A DNA stretch of 64,000 nt, taken from contig NC_068984.1 in the NCBI RefSeq assembly GCF_001194135.2, forward strand, positions 27,951,721 through 28,015,720, written 5' to 3'. The notes under the pieces are model-generated. The model was not told where the DNA came from and searched no databases. It saw only the letters and a program-made list of their open reading frames with translations. A program made the position numbers and the translations under genes. Every line of letters starts with the position of its first letter. The stretch's first letter is position 1. The stretch is from Octopus bimaculoides (taxonomy: Eukaryota). Of the stretch, positions 36,942 to 48,688 are shown one piece after another.

Positions 36942-36981
<40 letters not shown>
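36734..36981 (+). mobile_element. SINE family B type b with (ATT)n tail
   Basis: TTCTGAGTTCAAATT B box; GCTGGCCTTGTGACAAAATTTGAAACC(ATT)n. Confidence 0.8.
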
Positions 36982-36984
<3 letters not shown>

Positions 36985-37598
36985 TAATTAATTAATTAAT
37001 TCTTAAAAAATATAGTTGTTGTTTCTTGCCTTGCGGGGAAGGCTTTACCTCAGTCTATGGATAACATTTTGTCAAGTTTCATAAAAATTGGATTACTATT
37101 TATGTGTGATATTGCATGAGGTGATTACTCAAGAATGAGAGGGTTTTTCATTTATCCATTTGTTTCTTATATATTTGTGGTACAAAAGCATATAGAAAAC
37201 ATCTTTTTTGCTCTCCAGCATTCATTACAAATTGCTGACACACCCACTCAATAAATAAAACCGTTTGCACAGGCAACACAAAAACTGAATAAGATTATAA
37301 ATAAAATATGAACATGAAAAAAATATATAATGATGTGTTTGATGTTTCTGATACAAATAAGAGTTTAGTGGAAAATTCACACAACAATAACAATAACAAT
37401 AGCAACAATAGCAACAATAGCAACAAGTACAGCTTTTCACACATTCATTTGCTAATGTTACATGTAACAAGGAAATTTTGGATTTCGAGCAAGCTACAGT
37501 TGGAGACACCACGCTGCATCATGATAATATCTTTTTTGTAGACCTTATATTCCTCACAAAATGGGAAAGCTAATTGCTGGAGTTTATATATCTATCTA

Positions 37599-37657
<59 letters not shown>

Positions 37658-38687
37658 CACAAAAAGAAGAAAAATAAGAGAAGGAGCTTGTGTGCTCTCT
37701 AAATATGAATTGAATCTTACCTCCATTTTATTTTAACTCTATTCTAGTTGTCTAGAATTTTCTGAAACTAATGAAATCTAATTAATATAACATATTTACT
37801 TCTGTCATTTTGACAATATTACTCTTCATCAATATACTAATCACTTTTTAGATTCCTTCTCTTCCTTCGATTGTATTGTATTCCTTAAAACTTCTCTCCC
37901 TACACAGATATTCGATACAATAAAGAACCTATAGCAACTTATATAAAACATTAACTGCACTCTCTTCATTTTCATAATCTATATCCCCCACCTCACTCCA
38001 CTAATCAATGATGATGTTAAAATAATATGAATCTGATTGTTGTTTATAATTTTTCTCAGACAATAAATAAATATGCAATAACATTAAATCTATAATATTT
38101 GAAGAGAATAAGTCCAGCTGTGAAATTGCTAATTAGTAAATCACAAAGAAACCAAATTAGCCATGTATATTTCTGTGTAGATTCAATTGTTGCCTGCTAC
38201 TCTTGTTGCACATAGTAACTGTATTTACCATGAGTAAAAGTAAAATAGACATGAACTGCATTCACATATTATACTGGCAATCATGTTAAAGAACTTGTTA
38301 ATTATGGGCACAAAGTATTATAAAGTTGTATAAGCAGCAAAATGTAAATTACCAACAGGCTGTCTTCACAAAATAAACATCTAACTAGCTTAGAGATCAA
38401 GAATTTTGATGCCATCAGCAACATTATATCAAAGAAGCTTTGGCCTGGTCTCTGTAGTGGAGAAGAGATATTTTGGGGAAATGCAGTTCAGTTTGCTGAT
38501 GTAAGCAACAAGTATTCTGCATAATGAATGGTTTGTTAGCTAACGGCTTCTGCTCTAATCTCCTCATGTCTTTGAGGAAAGTAACAGAAACTATTCCAGT
38601 TTCCAGTTCATGCTTCACTGAATTATTAAGCAAAGCTGTAGTAGTCTTCAATAATGGCACAGTGTTCCAATTTGGTTGGTGGCTGTC

Positions 38688-39355
38688 CTTCATTGGACAC
38701 TAAACTCCGCTTGCAAAGACCTGTTGAGGCAAGTGAAATAAAAATCGAACTAAATTTGTAGACTGGCACCCATGCCAACGTCTCTTTCATTGAACATTAA
38801 ACTCAGCTTGCAAAGACCTGTTGGGGCAAGCAAAAGTGAAATCGTGATGGCACCTGTACCAGTGGATCACTAAGAGCACCGTCCAAGCATGATCATTGCC
38901 AGNNNNNNNNNNGGCACCTGTACCAGTGGATCACTAAGAGCACCGTCCAAGCATGATCATTGCCAGAGCACCAGCTGTCTGGCTTCCATGCCAGTGACAC
39001 GTAAATAGCATCATTTGAGCGTGATCATTACCAACGTGCCAGTGGCACGTGAAAAGACATTCGAGCGAGATCGTTGCCAGTACCCCTGGACTGGCTCCTG
39101 TGCAGGTGACACGTAGAATACACCATTTCGAGTGTGGCCATTGCCAGTACCGCCTAACTGGCATTCATGCCGGTGGCACATAAAAGCACCCACTACACTC
39201 TCAGAGTGGTTGGCGTTAGGAAGGGCATCCAGCTGTAGAAACGCTACCAAATCAGATTGGAGCCTGGTGTAGCCACCTGGTTTCACCAGTCCTCAGTCAA
39301 ATCGTCCAACCCATGCTAGCATGGAAAGCGGACGTTAAACTATGATGATGATGAG
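38688..39355 (+). mobile_element. Long family A RTEX 3'UTR with internal duplications and subrepeat array
   Basis: Duplicated TTCATTG(G/A)ACA(C/T)TAAACTC block, repeated GGCACGT..CGAGCG..CGTTGCCAG units, (GAT)n tail. Confidence 0.85.
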
Positions 39356-40851
39356 ATCTAGAGTGAAGATGTCATGAGCACATTGACAGAAATTGATGCT
39401 TAGTCTCAGTTCAGCCTTGATTTGAGTATATCTATGACCAAGATTGTTCTAGCATGATCGCCTCAACATTTATTCTGACCAGAGTGTACTTAGGACTATA
39501 CTAACAAATATATTCCGCAGTTGTTTTTGTTTTGTTTTTATTCCTTTGTGTGGGGTAAATAGCTGTGTATGATTAGTAAAAGAATTTGCTGATATTTCTA
39601 GCATGTCAAGTGTCCACAAAGAGGGTCCCTCGTTGGCTTGAACAATGAAGAGTAGAAGTGATTGTTGATCAATGAGAAGGCTCTAGAAAGATACACTCAG
39701 GTTAGATCAGAAATCATCAACCCTCAAAAAGACAGGTTTGAGACATGGAAAGATAATGTACTACAAAACATCATATGTTATCATAGAAAAACAGAATAAA
39801 ATGATTATAATGATAATGACGAAGAGGAGAAGGAGGAAGAGGAGGAAGATGAAGGTGGTGGTGTTGTTGGTGGTGGAAGGGGTAGTGGTAGTAGTGATGT
39901 GAGTTGGGGAGAAGGAGGAAGCGGTTATTAATGATGATGATCATGATTATTATCATGGTCAGGAGTTTAAAAATATTTCCTTTCATCACTTTGTCTGAAT
40001 CTGTACTATTGGACTCAGAAATTGGCAAAACCAGATGAAAAAATAATAAAGAAGAGAAATAAATAGATAAATAAACTAAACAAATGAGTAAATAATAAAT
40101 AAATAAAATGTGAAAATATTTTGAGTTTAAGCCAAATGTGTTTATCAGAAAAGGTATCAATAATAATAATAATAAAAATTAGAAAGATGAATTATGGAAG
40201 AGAACGATAATTTAGAAATTGTTGTTAAGCAGTTTTATTGTTAAAATTTCAAACGATATATGAAAGAAACAACATAACAAACAATTAAAATAATAAGAAA
40301 ACAATATTAACAAATAAACAACACAATGGAAAGCAAAAGAAATACTAAAATAACATTTAAAAAAAACATCAAAAAAGAACAAAATAGACAAAATCAGATA
40401 GTCATAAAACACTCATTATTTGTGGGTGAGATACTTGATAAATGTGGTTTTGATATTATTTCACTTGGCTTAACCAGAGAACCTGTCTGTCTCTGGTATT
40501 AGATATGATAATTAAATAACAGACATGCAACAGCAGAAATGTAAAAAAATTGTTTACGCCTCTCACACTGTTGCCATTCATTTGTACTCCAGTGTCTCTC
40601 ATAAAAGTGTTTTCATATTCATAGCAAAAAAAAAAAGAACCAAAAAGTAAAGAAAATTATGTAATGTTGTCCATCATTGTCATCAACACCACTTTCACAA
40701 TCATCATCATCATCATTGTTGTCATTGTTGTTGATGTCATCTCTGTCATCATTATTGTCTCCAGGTTCTCAGGCTACCTTCCACACCTTTAATTATCATC
40801 ATCGTCACCACCACCACCACCACCACCACCACCACNNNNNNNNNNACGCAA

Positions 40852-40884
<33 letters not shown>

Positions 40885-41126
40885 TATCATCAGTATCATC
40901 ATCTTCACCAGGTTTATACAATCACCACACTTAACAAGGTGAAAAAATATTTTACTACTTGTCTTTCACCATTCTGCAACAACAGCAATACTCTGATATC
41001 CAGTTTTTGCTAGTTGATCAGGCCAAAGTTGATCAAACTGATCTATGATCAAATGTATCCCAGTCATGATCCTTCTCTTTTTCTAAGTGCTAATGTCTGA
41101 TTTCTGGGAGGTTTAGCTGCTATTTC

Positions 41127-41332
41127 ACACAGAGGAGACAAACAAGGACAAACAAACGGATTAAGTCGATTATATCGACCCCAGTGTGTAACTGGTACTT
41201 ATTTAATCGACCCTGAAAGGATGAAAGGCAAAGTCAACCTCGGCAGAATTTGAACTCAGAACATAGCAGCAGACGAAATACCGTTAAGCATTTTGCCCGG
41301 CGTGCTAACGTTTCTGCCAGCTCACCGCCTTT
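41127..41332 (-). mobile_element. SINE family B type a lacking its last ~30 nt, 16-bp TSD, inserted into a family F repeat
   Basis: GTTTAGCTGCTATTTC at 41111-41126 and 41333-41348. Confidence 0.9.
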
Positions 41333-43534
41333 GTTTAGCTGCTATTTCTACCAGATCTAATTACTATCTGTATAGATATTCCCTCATTAGCTCATGCTGT
41401 TTCTATTGGCTTATATGTATCAAACAAGATTTAGATACTTCTTGTTTCTCTTTCTCACTCTACAACAGTTAGTGCTTTCAAATGGCATATCCATATTCTG
41501 CTGTTAATTCACTCCATTGTTTGTTTCCCTTAATTTGCATGATCCATTGATATTACATATACTTACAACCAAAGGTTTATTTCTTTCTAACTACTCTACA
41601 TTTGAGCCATACCATTGTACTAACTGCATATAATAACAATTCACTGTACTCTGCTTTGTATATTATCTCTGTTTAAAATGAGGGGTGTAGAAATATGACT
41701 TAAAGAGTGATATGATTCCAAGTCAACCGAGTCTCAATTTATAATGTTCATATAATGTTGATAGTTATAATAAAGAATATATGGTTCCTTTTCTTCAAGA
41801 TGTTTAGATGCAATTTGAGGGGTCTTTGGTTGCTATATCTAGCATGCTAAGAAATCACAAACAAACTACCACTGAAGAATAGCAGGAGCACTGTATAAGG
41901 AATGAATGTTTTGCTAGACTGCAGCTAGATTTCAACTCTTAACATAATTGGAACTTTATTTATAGACGTGATAGATTTTGACAAGCCATGGATATATTCT
42001 GAAGAATAATGAAGAAATCAATGACTGCACAAGAATCCAATGTCAATAAATCCCAATAAAAAAATAACATATTTGAAATTTTAAGAACAATATTTAATAA
42101 ATATTATTTAGTGTCTGTGGTTCAGTTGTACACATATCAAGTGCAATGACTATACATTTCTGACTATTTGCCAAATATTTCCATTAAAGACAACAAATAG
42201 TAACTACACATGCTAGGTTTTATTTTATTATTGTGAAATAAATAAGTTAATGTATCTCTGTTAGTTTGACTGATGAGGATTTAATTGCTTGATCAAACGA
42301 ATTACCTGCTCATTGAATTTACATTTAAATGGTTAAGTTTTCCACAGACACATGTATCATTAACATAATCCTGAGGCAGAATTAGAGAGACACTGTATGA
42401 CAAGGCTGGATCTTTGAATTACAGTTAAAAGTCATTTGATGAGAATTCTACAAACTCTCTAATGATCTAATTTCACTCACAAGGCCAGGATTAACCAATG
42501 TAACGGTAAAAGATGTTTTTCATGCTTCCGGGATCAATAAAATAAAAAAACAAAAACAGACAAGTACAAGGCCCAACATAATTGACTATTCCCATCTCCC
42601 TATTTTCAGGCCTTGTGTCTATGTTAGACGCAATTTTCATACATAAATAATATGCATGGACCTGCTTACAAAATTAGTAAGCATTATAACGTCCATGAAA
42701 CGTCCATGCTTCAAAAACTGCTCAGAACTGCTGAAGCATCAAATAAAGTGCCTGCATCAATTGTTAGCTTTTGTGACTCTACATCTTTCAAATCTTAAAT
42801 GCTTCCTGAAATTTGCCAATACTAACAGTCACTGTCCTCATTTTTGTTTTCCTGTGCAATGTTCTATGCACTGTACATGCACTTTAAGCTACCTTTTCTG
42901 GTGAGTTGTTGTGCACCTGAGCACTGTATACAATAAGTTCACTATTGTTATTATTATTATTATCATTATTATTATTATCCGTGTTATCTTCTGAGGAAGA
43001 TGCTTTTATGGGTGCAGCTGAGTATCTTAAGGCTCTTAGAAATAGTGGGTTTCTCTGATGAAATTAGATACAGGGGTAGGAACAGGAAAATGAATATTTT
43101 ATAGTACAAACTAGTATCTTACCTTGCAGTAAAAACTAATATAGCAAGAGAATTTAATTTCAGAGATCAGCATTTTCTGACAGAGCATAAGTATAGAAAA
43201 GTATTGAATAGGAACTGTGTTAAAGTTAGTTATTCAGCTAGCAAGAATTTCGGGTGTTTTATCAGAGGTTTTAATGCTGTAAAACTAAGTAGAAGAGAGA
43301 TGGAAACAACTAGTCAACAAAGATCATGCGACTGTAGAATTTGTGAGAACTGTCCACTAGAAGGTAAATGTCAGGCAAAGTCAATATTATATAGTGCAAA
43401 AGATGAATCAAACGGCAGTGGTTAACCTAAAACATATTTTAGGCAATAGAACTCACATTCAAAAACCGTTATTACATGTATAACTGTTCATTTATCAGCT
43501 CCAAAAGAAATGTGCTATGGTTTGTTGAAGTTTA

Positions 43535-44911
43535 CAGGATGTCATGAAATTAAAGCAATCGGAGTTTAGAGCTTTAATAACTATCAATAAATGCGATAAG
43601 ATATGAAAATCATACATCATTATAAAAGTTTAGTATGTCTTCTTTTTGTTTCAGACTAAATAAATTCAGATTTATAAATTAGATAATAGCTATAGACCGA
43701 AAAACAATTATAACCCTCCAAAAAGGAGATGAAAGTAATACAACTATAGCAAAAGAGTTTAAAATTTACCGAACAACAGTCTGGAAATTCGTCAAGAAAT
43801 TTCAACCTGATCGACCTTGAACGTGGCCGAAAAAGAACTGTGTGGATCCCTCAGCTTATCAAAAGTACCAGAGAAAAGATACAGCGAAATCCATGTCGTT
43901 TCACCAGAAAACTGGCTGTCACAGCAAAAATAAACCGTACATCGATGTATCGAGTACTGAAAGAGGATCTCAGAATCCACCCTTATAAGATGATCCACCG
44001 CCATGAGCTCACGCAAGTTTAATAGGTCATGAGGCTGGAGAGAAGTCGTCTTGTCCTGCCTCAGATTGCTGAAGACACGCTGCTTAACCCGGTGTTCACT
44101 GGTGAAAAGAAAATTGACATCAAACGAACAGTACACCACCAGAATAACCGACTTTGGATCGTATCTGGCTCCGTTGAGAGTAGTCTCCTAAATCGACGTA
44201 AAAATCCACAGTCATTTATGATTTGGGCGGCTGTGACATCCACTGGAATGTCGGCTCTCGTTTTAGTGCCCTTGGGTGTTAAAATTAACACCCACTAATA
44301 TAATTATCGACATTCTGGAAGCTGAACTGCTTCCATGGGCGAATGAGCACTTTCAGGGTACACCTTGGAGCCTCCAACAGGACTCAGCTCCATCTCACAG
44401 CTCTAAACAGTCATAACACTAGATTCAGAAAAACACTCTGTTGTTCATAGGCAAAGATAAATGACCATCAGAAAGCCCCGATCTCAACTCGGTGAGCTGG
44501 CAGAAACGTTAGCACGCCAGGCGAAATGCTTAGCACTATTTTGTCTGTCTTTACGTTCTGAGTTCAAATTCCGCAGAGGTCGACTTTGTCTTTCATCCTT
44601 TCGGAGTCAATAAATTAAGTACCATTTGCATACTGGGGTCGATGTAATCAACTTAATCCTTTTGTCCCCTGTATGTTTAGCCCCTTGTGGGCAATAAAGA
44701 AATAAGAAACGTTAGCATGCCAGGCGAAATGCTTAGCGTTATTTTGTCTGTCTTTACGTTCTGAGTCCAAATTCCGCCGAGGTCGACTTTGCCTTTCATC
44801 CTTTCGGGGGCCCCTCCCACCAAATATGCTGGGCCTTATGCCTAGAGCAGAAAATAATATGCTTTGGAAAAAATTGAAAAAAGTTGGTTGCCTTAATTTT
44901 GGGACACCCTG
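43535..44911 (+). mobile_element. Second maT (DD37D-spaced) Tc1/mariner, C-terminus lost at a SINE insertion
   Basis: TIRs CAGGATGTCATGAAATTAAAGCAATC vs CAGGGTGTCCCAAAATTAAGGCAACC (20/26), TA on both sides; VFTGEKK, MIWAAVTSTG, QQDSAPSH..SPDLN. Confidence 0.85.
44491..44867 (+). mobile_element. SINE family B dimer (type a joined to an internally deleted b/c-like copy)
   Basis: First copy ends AATAAGAA fused to ACGTTAGC of a second head. Confidence 0.8.
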
Positions 44912-46574
44912 TATATGGTTGTTGCATGAAACAAGTCCTCATGGATTTAAAATTACCTGGTCTATTGTAGATAATGCACAGCCATACAGGAATGGGTGCT
45001 ACAAATCAAAGATACATTGTATTCCTTGTCTGAAAATTTTTATAGAAGGTACAAATAGATAACACAAAAAACAATGAGCTGTTAACGTCTTGTATGCATT
45101 TGGTTAAGAATCTTTTTATGAAAATAGAAGCCTTCTTGGATTTTGTTCTATTTTAGAAAAAAAAACGTTAGTTTTCGAAATATTAATAGGTTTTATTGAT
45201 ATATGTTTTAATATATGGGGGTGCATGTCTACATGTGAGTATATGTATATAAGCATATATGTGCATGTATATATGTACGTATATAGGTATACATGAATAT
45301 ATAATTCTATGTATATATGTGTTTCAATATGTATGTGTCTGCACAGGCAAATACAAAATGAACACCCACATACACACTCATTGATTTTAAAAACATTAAT
45401 TAAAACTATTGCTTAAAAGTATCATTTTGGAATGTTGCTTAAACAGAAATGCAATTTCATGACTTTGAGTGTGACGTTTATAATAATATTACCATGAGAA
45501 CCAGAAATGAAATAAAAAAAAAGCATGAGCTTAAAACAGCCATTTATGCATGTGTCGTTCACAAAGGTTTTTAAACTAAAGGAAATAAGGATAAGTGTTT
45601 CTTTCATACTTTCATTTCATATTTCAAAAAATATTCAAACAATGGCTATTCAAAAGAAAACCAGGCCAGGTTTGCCAGCTGATGATTGGAAATCAGAGCC
45701 TTTCATTTATAATGTGTTACACACACACACACACACGTATGTATACACATACACACATACATATATATACATATTAATATATAAATACATATTATATATA
45801 CATATGTATGCATGTATATATATATACACATACCTACATAAGCATTAGGTTAAAGTTTGGAAACAGTTGTTGAATAATCAACTAATGAGGTAATATAATT
45901 TACCTTTAAGTTGAATGATTATAATTATAGCAAAACTTTACATGGCCAAAATTGGATTAGCACTATTTTCATTCAGGAAAAGGTGTTTAAATAAGATTAA
46001 ATGAGTACAATGAACTTCTATTTAATTTAATGAGGACATTTCAACTTGGTTTTGTCTTGTTATTGATGCTTGATATTGTTCAATAATTGCTATTTCGTGT
46101 TTGCCATTGAGCTCAGAAAAGCAGCATGCATACTTTTTTTTAATATATTTACTGTTCCGAATAATGAACTAAAATTACTGGGACATAATTTTATATGCAC
46201 AAAGCTGCAGAAACTGAACATTTTTTTTAAGAGACGGAAAAATTCATACTATTGTGCTGTTTATACTTTCCCCATAAGCCTTATTGTTGTGGCAGCCCTA
46301 ATAAAGCCTATAAAAAATGGTTTTCTGGCCATGACCATATCATTTTTATTCAAACACAATGTGTCTACATCTATATAATCCAATATGCCTTTCTTCTTTT
46401 GAGATGGTCGGATGTGATTGAAAAAGGCTGTTAATTTAACCAGGCTGTTAATTCTTGAATATACTATAAAAATAAACAGACTAAAATGTTCATATAAACC
46501 ACTATGAACACCTTGCAATTTTAAAATCAATTAACACCAACATCTTCAAAAAAATACTAAAATATTTTCAATAT

Positions 46575-46960
46575 AGTACAGATGTGGCTATGTAGTATGA
46601 AGCTTGCTTCCCAATCACATGATTCTCGGTTTAGTTCCACTGGATGGCACCTTTATAGCCTCAGGCTGACCAAAGCCCTGTGAGTGGATTTGGTGGATGG
46701 AAACTGGAAGAAGCCCATCGTATATATGTATATGTATATAACTGTGTATGTGTGACTTTGTGGTTGTGTTTGCCCCCCCCCCCCGCTTTACAACCGATGT
46801 TGGTGTGTTTACATCCCTATAGCATTAACAGTTTGGCAAAAAAGAGACTGATAGAATAAGCACTAAGCTTTTAAAAAAAAAGTCCTAGGGTTGATTCATT
46901 TCACTAAAACCCTTCAAGGTAGTGCCCCAGCATGGCCACTGTCAGATGACTGAAAAAACG
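46575..46960 (+). mobile_element. CORE-type SINE family C with small CORE deletion
   Basis: TGGATGGCACCTT/TATAGCCTCAGGCTGACCAAAGCC; 3' GTGCCCCAGCATGGCCACTGTCAGATGACTG. Confidence 0.8.
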
Positions 46961-47340
46961 ATAGAACATATTTTATCAACTTAGTTTCAGTCGTTCAGCA
47001 TCTGCTAAACTAGCACTGCACCTATAAGAGCTTTTAAGAAACCACCGTACTTACTTTATTGAATAGCAGAGTTACATTATCATTTGAAAGGACATAACTC
47101 AATGCATTATTTTAAACATAATATACACATTGATACAGACTATAGCTGCTTATATACAATATACGTACTTATACACAACAAGCATACTGATACAATGGTC
47201 TTCCATATGCCAACTTCCCTTTCAAAGCATTAGTGAACTCGAGGTGACAGTAGAACTGGTGCAAGGCACTGTGAACCTAATGGCACTACTTTGCTTGTTC
47301 CTAGATACGCATCTTGAAAATTGGAAAAGCTACAAGTGTT

Positions 47341-47375
47341 TTCTTCTTCTTCTTCTTCTTCTTCTTCTTCTTCTT

Positions 47376-47450
<75 letters not shown>
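47341..47450. repeat. Compound (CTT)n(ATT)n microsatellite, followed by a decayed SINE B type b (about 47453-47675)
   Basis: Direct inspection. Confidence 0.9.
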
Positions 47451-47906
47451 GCTAAGGCAGCAAACTGAACAAAATCATTAGGGTATAGCAAAAGTGCCTG
47501 GTGGTATTACTTCCAACACTTTAATGTTATTAGACTCAAATTCCACTGAGATCAACTTTGTCTCTGTTTCCCCCTGGAGTTAATAATATAAAGTATGTTG
47601 GTCAATGTTATCAACTAACCCCCACCTCCTAAAACTGCTTGCTTTATGCCAAAATTTGTAACAAATATCATTATTATTACTATTTTATCTCATTAACTCA
47701 TTCACATTTTGTCAGCCAGGACTTATATTCCAAATATCAATTCCTGCCTGTGGTGTGGTGGTGGTGTTGGGGTGGTGGGCAGATGATCTTGAGGGTGGGC
47801 CCTAAGGTTAATGAAGACCTAGATAAGCAGAATTTTTGTGCCTCCACAAGTAAATTTTTTCAGAATTTTTGTAAGAAGTAAAAAATGCAAATGAAGAAAT
47901 AAACTG

Positions 47907-48133
47907 GCGAGCTAACAGAAACGCTAGCACACCGGGCGAAATGCTTAGCAGTATTTCGTCTGCCGTTACATTCTGAGTTCAAATTCCGCCAAGGTTGACT
48001 TTGCTTTTCATCCTTTTGGGGGTCGATAAATTAAGTACCAGTTATGCACTGGGGTCAATGTAATCGACTCAGTCTCTTTATCTGTCCTTGTTTGTCCCCT
48101 CTATATTTAGCCCCTTGTGGGCAATAAAGAAAT
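47907..48133 (+). mobile_element. SINE family B type a with 13-bp TSD
   Basis: AAGAAATAAACTG at 47894-47906 and 48134-48146. Confidence 0.92.
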
Positions 48134-48649
48134 AAGAAATAAACTGTTTGTTTTAATTATAAGCAGATGTGACCAGTTCAAAGAAACGGTCAATGCTTCA
48201 CACCTTTATATAAAGGTTTAAAAAAAATAGGCAAATAAGCCTGACACAGGGCTATGGACTCATTAGACAGAAGCTTATCTCAGCTTCCATAAGACATGAA
48301 GAACCAAGGCTGTGCAATGCTCCCTCCCTCTCTCCCACTCTCTCTCTTTGGGAACGGGTTGGCAGTGCATCACAAGGTTAGCTTCTGCTGATGCTCGTTT
48401 TTCAGTTAAGTGGACAGGAACAACAGGAAATGGAGTGTCTTTACTCAAGAACACAACCTTCTTTCTGCATGATGTCATTTGCCGCTTAATGACATCATTA
48501 AGAATCTTCTTCTGGAGAGCTATTTCCACAGCAACAGGTCTTCACACATCCAAGTGTATTCAAACATGTTAAACACGACATAATACGAATATATTTTATT
48601 CAACAGTGCTTCTGACAACTTTATATATAAATGTGTGTTGTGTGTGTGC

Positions 48650-48688
<39 letters not shown>

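Larger units (their letters stand above)
42979..45010 (+). mobile_element. Penelope-like element fragment (linker plus GIY-YIG), split by a maT insertion: 42979-43534 and 44912-45010
   Basis: VKTNIAREF..HKYRKVLNRNCVKVSYSASKN..CDCRICENCPLEGKCQAKSILYSAK..KTYF..TFKNRY; resumes after the mariner as IWLLHE..FKITWSIVDNAQPYRNGC. Confidence 0.8.

Noticed and set aside
38424-38693. 89-aa minus-strand ORF in non-repeat DNA
   Set aside because: Its start lies in the adjacent family A repeat; no recognisable motif or convincing splice sites.
43050-45700. CTGATGA motifs at ~43055 and ~45679 as Penelope-associated hammerhead ribozymes
   Set aside because: No matching helix I/III complement with GAAA and cleavage triplet could be built; the first lies within PLE coding sequence.
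48275-48572. Overlapping 84/86-aa ORFs on both strands
   Set aside because: No homologous motif recognised and no adequate acceptor/donor pair.
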